Source: Malacoraja senta (taxonomy: Eukaryota). Taken from it: DNA of 64,000 bases. This document shows positions 37,801 through 48,718 of this stretch, piece after piece. The stretch lies in NCBI GenBank assembly GCA_038087875.1, contig CM075989.1, positions 930,001 to 994,000 on the forward strand, given 5' to 3'. Within the stretch, counting starts at the first letter, position 1. Each line of letters opens with the position of its first letter. The notes beneath the pieces were generated by a model. It saw only the letters and a program-made list of their open reading frames with translations. It had not been told where the DNA came from and did no database searches. The position numbers were made by a program, and so were the translations under genes.

Positions 37801-40664
37801 ACTAAGCAGTACTTGTAACCCCCTTGAGCGGTTGGAAGGGGCCCGATGTAGTCGATTTGAATTGACTGCCATGGCCCCTCCATCCTCCTGATGTGTCCCA
37901 TAGAAACCTTCCTTTTCTGGGGGTCTGGGTTGTTTGCTGCGCAAACCAGACAGCTTGCACAAAAGTCGCGAATGTCTCCCCTGAGCCCTGGCCACCATCC
38001 TGCCATCTCTACTCGCTGCCATGTGGTCTCTGGCCCGGGGTGAACTGCCCCTGGACCCTCATGGGCTAGTTTTAAAAATTCCCTTCTGTACAGGGAAGGC
38101 ACTACCCACTTATCTCCCTTGAATAACATGCCTTCCTTTACTGATATGTCTTTACGCCCATACAGTCCCTCTATCGTCACCTGCCTGCAAATGGCTGCTG
38201 AGGCAGCCTTTAAAATGGGGTCTTGTGCCTGGACCGTGGTCAGGTCCGGGGCCAAAACCACTCCCGCACTCCCCTTTTCTCGAGGCTGCTCCCTGGCTGC
38301 AGCTACCTGTCCTTCCTCATAGGGGTCCCATGCTTTCCCACTCCTGGCTCCTTCTCTGGCCAAGCGATCCGCCCTCTGATTTCCCTCGCCTTGTGGCTCC
38401 GTTTTGGAATGGGCCTTCACCTTATGGATATATCTATCCCCGCCCTTCCCTACGGCTGCTACAATCCTCTCTAATAGGGGTTTAATGGTCAGGGGCTTCC
38501 CGTCCGATGAGGTGTACCCTCGGTGGGACCAGATGGCCAGATATTCCGTGCAGGAATTGCATGTGAACATGCTGTCCGAACATATGGTGTATGGAGGGGG
38601 GAAACGCTTGAGATGGGTGACCACGTACATTACCGCCGCCCACTCGGCCTGCTGGGTGCTTAACGTATGTGGGAGTTTAAGGGTTAGGGTTATCTCTGCC
38701 TCGGTGTCCCATATCCCACAGCCCGTGAGCTTTATGCCCTCGGACACGATACTGGACCCGTCCACGTATATTTCCCTACCAGTGGGATGTAACCCTGCTC
38801 TGTCCAAAGTCCACCTCCCATACCCCTTCCACCGAGCAATGGTGTGGCTCCCCTGGGTACACCAAATTGGCTGAGAGCTTGGGCTCACATAGCCTCTCAA
38901 CCCATAAGGCCATTTGGAAAAGGAGAAGGGTCCAGCGAGTGATCCTCACACTGCTAACGGTCCCATCCTTAATCTCACCGTCCAGCAGCATCTGGGTTGG
39001 GGTATGGTGGGTCAGTGCCCAGTATGTGGCTAGCAGGTGTCGCTCACAGTTTGAATAGGACCTTTCTACCTCTGTGAGGACTCTGGAGGAATACACCACT
39101 GGCCTTAACTTGCCGTGCCGTTCCTAGAGGAGCACTACGCTCAGGCCATCACTGCTTGCGGCTACCTCCAGGAAAAATTCCTCCCTGTAGTCGATGGCTC
39201 CCAGAGCTGGGGCCTTTTGCAGGTCCCGCTTCAAATGGATGAATGCCGACTCGCACTGCTCATCCCACTCCCACTCTACCCCTTTGCGTAGCAGCCGGAG
39301 CAGAGGTGCTGCGGTCGCGGCATAGTCCTCTATAAAGTCTCGGCAATAGCCCGTGACTCCAAGAAATGACCTTGGTACAGGGAGTTCCTGCACTGCCTGC
39401 CTTCTTGCTGTATCGATACCCCTTTCTCCGGCCCTAAGGGTCAGTCCCAAGAACTTTACCTCTTGTAACCCTATCTGTGCCATCTTGGTATTTACTTTTA
39501 AACCGCTCTTACAGAGCAGCTCCAGCAGTTCGTTTATAGGGGCCCATGTTCCTCACTGGTGTCCATGAATAGCAAAATATCATCCACATACTGGACGACC
39601 TTGTGGGGCTCAGTGAATTCCTTTAAACATTCCGCCATACATTGGTGGAAAATGCTGGGGCTATTGTGGAACCCTTGGGGAAGACAGTTCCATGTGTACT
39701 GCTGCCCCTTGAACGTGAAAACAAATTTGTACTGGTCTTCCTTCCTGACCGGGATAGACCAGAAACCGTTTGAGATGTCAAGCACCGTAAATACAGATGC
39801 AGACGCCGGAATTTCCCCTAATAGGGCTGCTACAGCTGCCACAGTTGGTGCGCAAGTCGGAATGTTCTTATTCAGGACCCTATAATCTACCGTGGCCCTC
39901 CATGAATTGTCTGGCTTCCGTACGGGCCAGAGCGGTGAGTTCACGTGGGTGGCTATGGGCCTCAAAACGCCTTGCTTAACCAGTGAACTCAGGGCGACAT
40001 CTAAGTCAGCCTCCGCTTCTCGGGGAAAACTATACTGTTTCTGCGGTCGGGACATGGGATCCCCTTCTATCCTGACCTCTGTTCCTGTGACCCTTCCACA
40101 GTCGTGCTTGTGAGTAGCGAACGTGGCCAAATTTCGCTTAACAAGGCCTTGATACTCTGTCGGGGTCTGCCTCACTAGGGCCTCTACATCGTACCCCTCT
40201 CTGGGCTTCACAACACACAGAGCCCCTCTCTCTGGTGCCCTCTCGATGACCATGACTTTCTTCTCTCTCTCAGCCCCTTCTCCTGCTATGCCCTACAAAC
40301 AGTGGTTCCTCAGGTCCACCAGGGCCTGGTGGGTCACTATAAAGTCAGCGCCTAATATCCCCTTTCCCTCCTGCTCCCAACTCATCAGTACGCACTTCCA
40401 CTGCGCCTGGAGTGCTCCTAATCGAATGGACAAGGGAACAGAGAAATACTCCGTCTTCTCGTTTCCCGTAAAACCGACAAGACTATAGGGCGCCCCACTA
40501 GATAGAGGGGATGTACGGGGATTGTCCGTGTGGACAATGGTACTGGAAGCACCTGTTTCCAGCAGGTAACTCCCGACCACATCCTGGACCTCCATCTTGA
40601 CCCAGGGTTTCCCACATGGGCCATACTCTAACGGGCATAGGAATGTGGGCTGTTTTGCTGGCAG
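34891..40664 (-). pseudogene. pol: pol: protease, RT, degenerate RNase H, second RNase H, integrase with long tail; interrupted by CR1 at 35730-37310
   Basis: LLETGAS (protease, D to E); LDISNGFW, LPQGFHNSP, YVDD; RH1 EVAASSDGLSVVL..VYSSRVLTEVERSYSNCERHLLA; RH2 YVDGSS..QQAE..SDS..KVKAH..GNQRAD; IN H..H..CxxC, QIDYIGPLP, VDVFSKW, SDQ, YHPQSSG. Confidence 0.92.
35730..37310 (-). mobile_element. 5'-truncated young CR1 LINE inserted in the integrase
   Basis: 452-aa open RT with YADD; (accatata)n tail; small inverted duplication at the 5' junction (ccaaagaggctaa/cttagcctcttgg). Confidence 0.95.
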
Positions 40665-42336
40665 TCATAAAGGTGCCGGGGGTGCGGAAACGGGCGCGCC
40701 CTGGCCTGTTGCCATGGCTATCTGTCCGGACCCTCCCGCCTTGGACTGAAATAGGCCAATAGATCTTTTACACCTATTGTTCCCGGCATGGCCGCTCCCT
40801 CCTCCGGGGCTGGGTCTGCTGTTACCGGGGTCCTATCGTCCACTGCTCTACTTGGGTTTCTGCACTCCCTCTTGTAGTGCCCGGGCTTCCCACACCCGTA
40901 GCACACCGGCCTCATCTTGGAAGAGGTCTGGCTGCCTTCCTGTTTCCACTCCCTCCTTTTGGTGGGTGGCGGTACTATACTTTGCACCTTGCCCTTAAAG
41001 GGCTTCTCCTTACTTCTCTCCCCGTTGCGATACGCAAGGTTGAGCTTCCTTTTTACCTCCGCCTCGTTAAGGTTTGGGTCCGCTGGGTCGAACCAGTGCT
41101 CGGCCTTTGCCCTAACTCGCAGGAGGCAATTCGCTACCAGAGTCTTCAGCCAGTGGGCTGTTCTCTCATCTAAATTCCGCCTATCTAAAGGCGTCCCACA
41201 CGCTCCCTCATACACTGACCACAGTCTGTCTGCGAACATGTCCAGGGACTTGGCTACCGGCTCCTTAGTCTCCCCCACCCTGGCGAAAGGACTACCCTGA
41301 TTCAACCTCGTGGCCTCCAGAACCGCCGTCTGTGCCGCTACCCATGTTTCAGGTCTCCCCCTTCCCTGGAGGTCACCGCCTTGCAAAGGTAGGAATCCAG
41401 GGTCATCAGTAGTAGCTTTACCCATTCTACCTCATCGCAATCATTTATGTCGGCCGCCTGCTGCACCTCCATAAAATACAATGACAGGTCTCCTGCCCTG
41501 GTTAACCTGGGAACATGAGCCACCATCCCCCTCAGCACGTGTGCCCCATGGGGAATGATGATATCACTCTCTATGGGCCCCCTATCTGCCTGCCCTACCG
41601 GGGGACCATATTTCCTTTGCCGTACTGGGCACATCTGCCCTACCCGGGGCTGTTGCCCCTTTACCCCCTGCTCTTCCACCATGATCGGTAACCCCACCAC
41701 CTCATGGTATGCTACACATGGCACAGATGCCGCTAACTGAGGGTGCTCTCCCACCCCTCCTTGGGCCTGTCCCTCCCCAGACAACCCAAACCCCACCTGC
41801 CGACCCGGACCTATTCTCGGCGCCTCAGGAGGCGGTCTATTCCCCTTTTCCCCTGGGGAATCATCTGCTGAGGGAAGCCCTCTGCCCCCGAGGGACCCCC
41901 CTGGTCCTACCAGGTGAACCCGTCCCCTAGTCTTCGTCAGAGTCTCCTCCAGCTGCGCTACCCTTGCCTGGCAAGGCCCGTGATCACAATCCCCTAGCTC
42001 GCTACGGGACACCATGTAAGCTGCTTGGATATCTTGGAACTATCCCTCCAGCTCCCTGTACCTCTGTGTACTCTGAGCCAGGAGTTCCTGGGCGTTCCTT
42101 TCCCTCTCCTTTGCCTCTACCACCTGGCATTGGAGGAATTCCTGGGCATTTCTGGGGGATTCCCTAGCCTGCAAGATACACTGCCTGGCTTCACTGAGTT
42201 CCTCATATAGCCCTTCCCCTACTCTAGCGCTTTCCTCAGTGCTGGCCCTAGTTTTTCTCATTTGCTCTTCTAGACTCTCTACCTGTCTCTCCATATTGGC
42301 TACCAGCTGTGATAGGCATGCTAGGCACATTGCCAT
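40665..42336 (-). pseudogene. gag: gag of the loki-like provirus (frameshifted)
   Basis: N-terminal coiled coil (ERQVESLEEQMRK..), capsid-like helical region, CCHC knuckle CYGCGKPGHYKREC, ends PVSAPPAPL-TGA. Confidence 0.8.
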
Positions 42337-42344
42337 TTCCTGCC

Positions 42345-43260
42345 TTTTATTATAACCTTTACTTTCCGTCCATTCTCCCCCTCAAATTGTAGATTAAAAC
42401 ATCATATTATGGTCACTACCTCCTAATGGCTCCTTTACCTCAAGTTCCCTTATCAAATCCAATTCATTCCACAAAACTAAATCCAGAATTGCCTACTCCC
42501 TGCTGGGCTCCAGTACAAGCTGCTCTAAGAATCCATCACGGAGGCACTCCACAAACTCTCTTTCTTGGGGTCCAGTACCAATCTGATTTTCCCAGTCTAC
42601 CTGCATGTTGAAATCTCCCATAACAACCGTAGCATTACCTTTGCGACATTAACTCTTGATTCAACTTGCACCCTATATCCACGCTACTGTCGATAACTCC
42701 CATGAGGGTATTTTTACCCTTACAATTCCTCAGTTCTATCCATACAGACTCTACATCTCCTGATTCAATGTCACCCCTCACAAGGGACTGAATTTCATTC
42801 CTCACCAACAGAGCTACCCCACCCCCCTCTGCCCACCTGTCTGTCTTTTCGATAGGACGTGTACCCTTGAAAATTCAGTTCCCAGCCCTGGTCCTCTTGC
42901 TGTCATGTCTCTGTAATTCCCACAACATCATACTTGCCAATTTCTAACTGAGCCTCAAACTCATCCAGTTTATTTCTTATACTTCGCACATTCATATACG
43001 ATACTTTAACTTCGGTATTCACCTCCCCTCTCACACCGGCCACTATTGGCCCTGACCTTATTCTCTTATCCCTTCTCGAACTTTCCTTCCCATTAATTCA
43101 CTTTATTGTTATCTGCAAACTTACTTTTCATACCTTGTACATTCTCACCCAAATTGCTGTTACAAACCACAAACACCATTGGACCCAGCACCGATCACTG
43201 AGGGACACCACGTGTCAGCCTCACCAGACCTATAAAGGTTTCTATTAATTATTTCCCCAC
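42345..43260 (-). mobile_element. Decayed CR1 fragments (APE N-terminus, then an RT piece)
   Basis: Reverse strand shows NVRSIRNK, VVGITET, GDFN and SDHN remnants. Confidence 0.8.
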
Positions 43261-44225
43261 ACATTAAACCTATGCTCAGTGCAGTAATCCTTCATTATAA
43301 TAGATCATTGGGGGGGAATGGTATCTGTTATTGCCAATTGTACGCTATAACCATGTAAGGTAGTATTGTAAAAGTTGTAGAAACAAACAGCTGCAGTTGC
43401 TGGCGAATACACAAAAGAGAACAAACTCAGCAGGTCAGGTTGCATCTCTGGAGAACATTAAGAGATCATGTTTTAAGTCAAGACCATTTTTCAGAATTGG
43501 TCCAGAACTGGGCCTGGAATGCAGGTGAGTTGATGGTCCCGGCTTGCTGGCAGCCGGGGGAGAGGCGAGGATCAATGGAATCAATGGTCGCAGCCTGCAG
43601 GTGGCCGGGGTGCAGGTAAGGGTTGGCGGTGGGGTGGTGATCGCAGGAACGGGTGTCATGGGTAGCTGGGGGTGGCGTGGGAAGCTGGGTGTGCGGTGGG
43701 GGCAACTAAAGCTGTAAGCGGCAGGGTAGTGGCGTGGGCAGCCGGTGGTGGCATAGGGAAGACGGGGCTGTAACCTGCAGGATATAGGGTGTGGGTAGGG
43801 GGTGGCATGGACAGTCTTTGGTAGGTCCTTGCGCTACAATCCAAATCCATTATAATGAGGTCTGTTAAAGCAAGGGTTTACTGTAGTTCCTGATTCTACT
43901 GCCTTAGGGAAAAGACTCCCTGCATTTACACTATCTATGCCCCTCATCATTGTAGACACCTCTAGACGATCACCCCTCATCCTCCTGCACTACTTGGAAT
44001 GGTACCTGGATGCGGCGCCGACAGACAAGAGGCCGAAGCAAAGAAGCCGAAGCCAAGGAACCGAATAGGAACGAGGCTGAAATGCCAATGAACCGAAAGA
44101 GTCTGAAGACGAAACACCTACTAACTGAAAGGATGGGATGCCTAAATGCAAACTAACCGAAAGGGCAGGACGCCTAAACGCCAACGAACCAAAAGGCTGC
44201 AAAAGATTCCATTTGAACCTCGAGG

Positions 44226-47200
44226 GTACTGATCTCCGGATTGCTACCTGAGCCACGGGCCAAATCGGCGAGGGTACGAAAAATTAAAAAGCTGAATGCG
44301 TGGCTCAAAGACTGGTGTGGGAAAAATGGGTTTGGTTTCTTGGGCCACTGGCACCAGTACTGGGACAGGGGGGATCTGTTCTGTAAGGACGGACTTCACC
44401 TGAACGGTGCTGGGACTGGGGTCCTGGCAAATCATATAACTAGGGCAGTAGAGAGGTCTTTAAACTAAGTAGCGGGGGGGAGGTATCAAGGGGGGTAATA
44501 ACGGCAGGGGTAGAGGAAATAGAGCAGGGTATCAGTGGGGAAACGGAAAATCAAAATGTGACAGGAGGATCCAGAATGTGTGAAGATAAAGCTCTAGATG
44601 TAAAAGGGGCAAAAACAGAAAGGAAGGGTAGTAAAAATCATCTGAAAGTGCTGTATCTAAATGCACGGAGTATTCGAAATAAGATAAATGAATTAACGGT
44701 GCAATTAAGTACATATAGTTATGATATCGTGGCCATTACGGAGACATGGCTGCAAGGGGATCAGGATTGGGAGTTAAATATAGAGGGGTACTCGACAATT
44801 AGAAAAGATAGACAGGAAAGAAAGGGAGGAGGGGTGGCCCTTTTAATAAGGGAGGGAATAACGGCAATAGAGAGGAAGGATATTGCGTTGAAGGATCAGG
44901 ATAGTGAAACAGCTTGGGTACAGATAGAGAATAACAAGGGGAAAAAAACACTAGTGGGTGTAATTTATAGACCTCCAAATAGCTGTGACGCTGTTAGTCA
45001 GAACATAAATCTGCAAATAGTTGACGCATGTAAAAAGGGAACTGCTGTAATCATGGGGGACTTCAATTTTCATATTAATTGGGCAAACCAAACTGGGCAG
45101 GGTAGACTAGAGGAAGAGTTTATAGAATGTATTAGAGACGGGTTCCTAGAACAGTATGTCACAGAACCGACAAGGAGGGAGGCAATCTTGGATCTGGTCC
45201 TGTGTAATGAAGCAGGATTAATTAAAAATGTCATAGTTAGGGACTCGTTGGGAACAAGTGACCACAATATGGTCGAATTCCATATTCAAATAGAAGGGGA
45301 GCAGGTTGAAACTCAGGCTAGGGTACTTAGTCTAAATAAGGGGGATTATGAAGGTATGAGGACTGAGCTGATCAAAGTTGACTGGGATAGCAGACTCAAG
45401 AATAAGACGGTACATGAGCAGTGGTGTACGTTTAAGGATCTACTGTATAACCTTCAAGAAAAATTTATTCCTATGAAGAAAAAAAGGGGTAAGGGAAAGA
45501 ACAGTCAGCCATGGCTCAGTAAAACTATAAAGGATAGTATTCGGCTGAAGGCAAGGGCATATAAGGTAGCTAGAGATAGTGGGAGGGTAGAGGATTGGGA
45601 AGCATTTAAAGGTCAGCAAAAAATAACTAAGAGATTAATTAAGACGGGGAAAATAGACTATGAAAGGAATTTAGCGAACAACATAAAAACTAATAGTAAG
45701 AGTTTTTATAGCTATATAAAAAGAAAAAGGGTGGCTAAGGTGAACGTTGGTCCATTGGAGGGTGAGACTGGAGAGTTGTTGGTGGGGAACATGGAAATGG
45801 CAAAGGCATTAAACGAGTATTTTGTATCAGTCTTCACCATAGAAGACACAAAAAATATTCCAACGCTGGATAAACAGGGGGCGGTAGGAATGGAGGAGCT
45901 AAATACTATTAAGATCACCAAGGAGGTGGTATTAGGGAAATTAATGAGACTGAAGGAGGATAAATCCCCTGGGCCTGATGGATTACATCCAAGGGTCTTG
46001 AGGGAGATAGCGGTGGGGATTGTGGATGCATTGGTGATAATTTTCCAAAACTCCCTGGAGGCAGGAACGGTCCCAGTGGATTGGAAATTGGCCAATGTAA
46101 CACCTATATTTAAAAAAGGAAGTAAACAGAAGGCGGGTAACTATAGACCGGTTAGTCTAACATCGGTGGTGGGTAAAATGTTAGAGACAATTATTAAAGA
46201 AACACTAACGGGGCACTTGGATAGACATGACTTCATCGGACAGAACCAGCATGGTTTTGTGAAGGGGAAGTCCTGTTTAACGAATCTGCTCGAATTCTTT
46301 GAGGAAGTAACAACCCGGGTGGATAAAGGGGAACCGGTGGATGTGGTATACTTGGACTTCCAAAAGGCTTTTGACAAGGTGCCACATAAGAGACTATTGC
46401 TAAAAATAAAAAATTATGGGATTGGGGGTAATATATTAGCATGGGTAGAGGATTGGCTAACAAATAGGAAGCAGAGAGTGGGGATAAATGGTTCATACTC
46501 GGGATGGCAACCGGTAACTAGCGGGGTTCCGCAAGGGTCGGTGCTGGGACCCCAGTTGTTCACAATTTATATAAATGATTTGGAGGAGGGAACCAAGTGT
46601 AATATATCAAAATTTGCGGACGATACAAAAATGGGAGGAAAAGTAGGGGATGAGGAGGATAGGAAGAGTCTGCAAAAGGATATAGATAAGCTAGGTGAGT
46701 GGGCAACAACTTGGCAGATGAAATTTAATACTAATAAATGTGAAGTCATTCACTTTGGGAAAAAAAATGATAGGGCAAGTTATTTTCTAAATGAGGTGGA
46801 GCTGCGTTGTAATGCAACGCAAAGGGATCTAGGGGTAGTAGTACATGAATCACTAAAAGTTAGTATGCAGGTGCAGCAAGCAATCAGGAAGGCCAATGGA
46901 GTTTTGGCCTTTATTGCTAGGGGGATTGAGTATAAAAACACGGAGGTCTTGCTGCAGCTGTACACAGTATTAGTGAGACCACATTTGGAATACTGTGTAC
47001 AGTTCTGGGGTCCATACTTAAGAAAGGATGTACTGGCCCTGGAGGCAGTGCAGCGAAGGTTTACAAGATTAATTCCTGCAATGAGGGGATTGACATATGA
47101 GGAAAGGTTAAGTAGGCTGGAACTCTACTCTTTGGAGTTTAGAAGAATGAGAGGCGATCTCATTGAAACATATAAGATCGTGAGGGGCCTTCATCGGGTG

Positions 47201-47779
47201 GATGCACCGAGGATGTTCCCAATGATCGGGGAAACTAGAACTAGGGGACATAGTTGCAGAATAAGAGGGGGCTCTTTTAAAACTGAGATGAGGAAGAACT
47301 TCTTCACCCAGAGGGTGGTTAATTTATGGAATTCACTGCCCCAGGGAGCAGTGGAAGCAGAAACATTAAATATATTTAAGTCTAAAATAGATGTTTTTTT
47401 AGCTGCCAAGGGGATAAGGGGCTACGGGGAGAGGGCAGGGATATGGACCTAGGTATGGTTAGTATAGTAAGACCTGAGTGATCTCCTGGACAAGTGTCGA
47501 TCGCCTGGATTGGGGTCGGAGAGGAATTTCCCGGATTTTTTTCCCGAATTGGACCTGGGTTTTAATCCGTTTTTTTGCCTCCCCCAGGAGATCACGCGGT
47601 TCTTGGGGTGGAGAGGGGTGATAGCGATATAAAGGGGAGGGTAGTGTCTTGTGTTCTGTGTCTTGTGTCTACTGTTTGTGGGTAAGGGTGTCTGTTTAGT
47701 GTTCAGCCATGAGCGAATGGCGGTGCGGGCTCGATGGGCCTGGTGGTCTACTCTCGCGCCTACTTTCTATGTTTCTATG
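44226..47779 (+). mobile_element. Young CR1 LINE, 5'-truncated within the ORF1 esterase
   Basis: DGLHLN esterase end, complete ORF2, 3' UTR and (tttctatg)n tail. Confidence 0.95.
44558..47452 (+). CDS. Intact CR1 ORF2 (APE endonuclease and reverse transcriptase, about 964 aa; start codon uncertain)
   Basis: YLNARSI, ITETW, GDFN, LDLVL, SDHN; GPDG, DFQKAFDKVPH, GVPQGSVLGP, FADD; no stops or frameshifts. Confidence 0.93.
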   Translation: MTGGSRMCEDKALDVKGAKTERKGSKNHLKVLYLNARSIRNKINELTVQLSTYSYDIVAITETWLQGDQDWELNIEGYSTIRKDRQERKGGGVALLIREGITAIERKDIALKDQDSETAWVQIENNKGKKTLVGVIYRPPNSCDAVSQNINLQIVDACKKGTAVIMGDFNFHINWANQTGQGRLEEEFIECIRDGFLEQYVTEPTRREAILDLVLCNEAGLIKNVIVRDSLGTSDHNMVEFHIQIEGEQVETQARVLSLNKGDYEGMRTELIKVDWDSRLKNKTVHEQWCTFKDLLYNLQEKFIPMKKKRGKGKNSQPWLSKTIKDSIRLKARAYKVARDSGRVEDWEAFKGQQKITKRLIKTGKIDYERNLANNIKTNSKSFYSYIKRKRVAKVNVGPLEGETGELLVGNMEMAKALNEYFVSVFTIEDTKNIPTLDKQGAVGMEELNTIKITKEVVLGKLMRLKEDKSPGPDGLHPRVLREIAVGIVDALVIIFQNSLEAGTVPVDWKLANVTPIFKKGSKQKAGNYRPVSLTSVVGKMLETIIKETLTGHLDRHDFIGQNQHGFVKGKSCLTNLLEFFEEVTTRVDKGEPVDVVYLDFQKAFDKVPHKRLLLKIKNYGIGGNILAWVEDWLTNRKQRVGINGSYSGWQPVTSGVPQGSVLGPQLFTIYINDLEEGTKCNISKFADDTKMGGKVGDEEDRKSLQKDIDKLGEWATTWQMKFNTNKCEVIHFGKKNDRASYFLNEVELRCNATQRDLGVVVHESLKVSMQVQQAIRKANGVLAFIARGIEYKNTEVLLQLYTVLVRPHLEYCVQFWGPYLRKDVLALEAVQRRFTRLIPAMRGLTYEERLSRLELYSLEFRRMRGDLIETYKIVRGLHRVDAPRMFPMIGETRTRGHSCRIRGGSFKTEMRKNFFTQRVVNLWNSLPQGAVEAETLNIFKSKIDVFLAAKGIRGYGERAGIWT

Positions 47780-47850
47780 CATCGCCTAAAAGCAAACTTA
47801 CCGAATGGCTGCTCTGTCGAAACGCCACCTACCAGAAAGGCGGCGGCACC

Positions 47851-48718
47851 TGTAGGGGTTTTGTTCCCTTTGCTCCACTTCGGGCCCAACTGCCCGTGTG
47901 ATTCTCTCCCTTGTTGGTGGGTCAATCGGTCACCACTCCATTCGAGCGGTTCCCAAGAGAGAATACAAAAAAAAAGGGTTCCCCTGAGTTCTAGACCTCG
48001 GAATTATGGTGGGATATGATAAAAGGTTGACTTGACCAGAGCGTGCTGATGAGAGAAAACAGAAACCAAGACGGACTCAAAGCAAGTCTAAATTTACAGG
48101 CTTTATTGAACAAATGAGAAATCGAATCTCACCAACTCTACATAATACGTGACTAAACGTATGCTTTAAACTAAGACTATGGAAAGAAGATTATCGGGCA
48201 TGTCGTAAAAACTTACTTTACACAATTTTAATTACAAATGCTCCCTCCCCCCCCCTTTCCCCTTCTTCTCTCAACCTCTATCCTATTTCAGGAACTTCAC
48301 CAGGTCATCTGGGGTACTTACAGCTAGATTGATGCAGGGTCAGGAGCCGTCCAACAGAGCAGAAAAGAGAGAGAGCTCTTGCATGCCTGTCCCTTTTATA
48401 CCTGGATGGGCTCCCATTGTCCCGATGGATGGGCCATTTACGATGGCGATTGTCTTGTTGCTGCGCTATTTACCCCGTCTGCAGGGCTCGGCTCCTTCCT
48501 TTGTCTTTCCAAGATAATCTCGTTATCTCCATCCCGGCCTTTCCTGTTCTCACCATTCGCATAGTCATGTGGCTGCCCAGGCCCACAGACAGGCTTTGAA
48601 CTTGTGATCCCTTGTTTTTTTTTCCTTTTGCAGCCAGCATGTCTGTTTTAAAATGTCAATTTCCTTATACCCGAGTTCTTCCATAATCCTTTGGAGGATT
48701 TGCCCCCAATAACTTACA
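47851..48718 (-). mobile_element. Solo LTR (868 bp) of the loki-like family
   Basis: TGTAG...TTACA ends; 4-bp TSD CACC (47847-47850 and 48719-48722); minus-strand TATAAAAG near 48393-48400 and AATAAA near 48102-48107. Confidence 0.92.

Noticed and set aside
47851..48718. Solo LTR as the missing 5' LTR of the loki-like provirus
   Set aside because: It has its own TSD on both sides, sits inside a DNA transposon, has no adjacent PBS and is visibly diverged from the 3' LTR.
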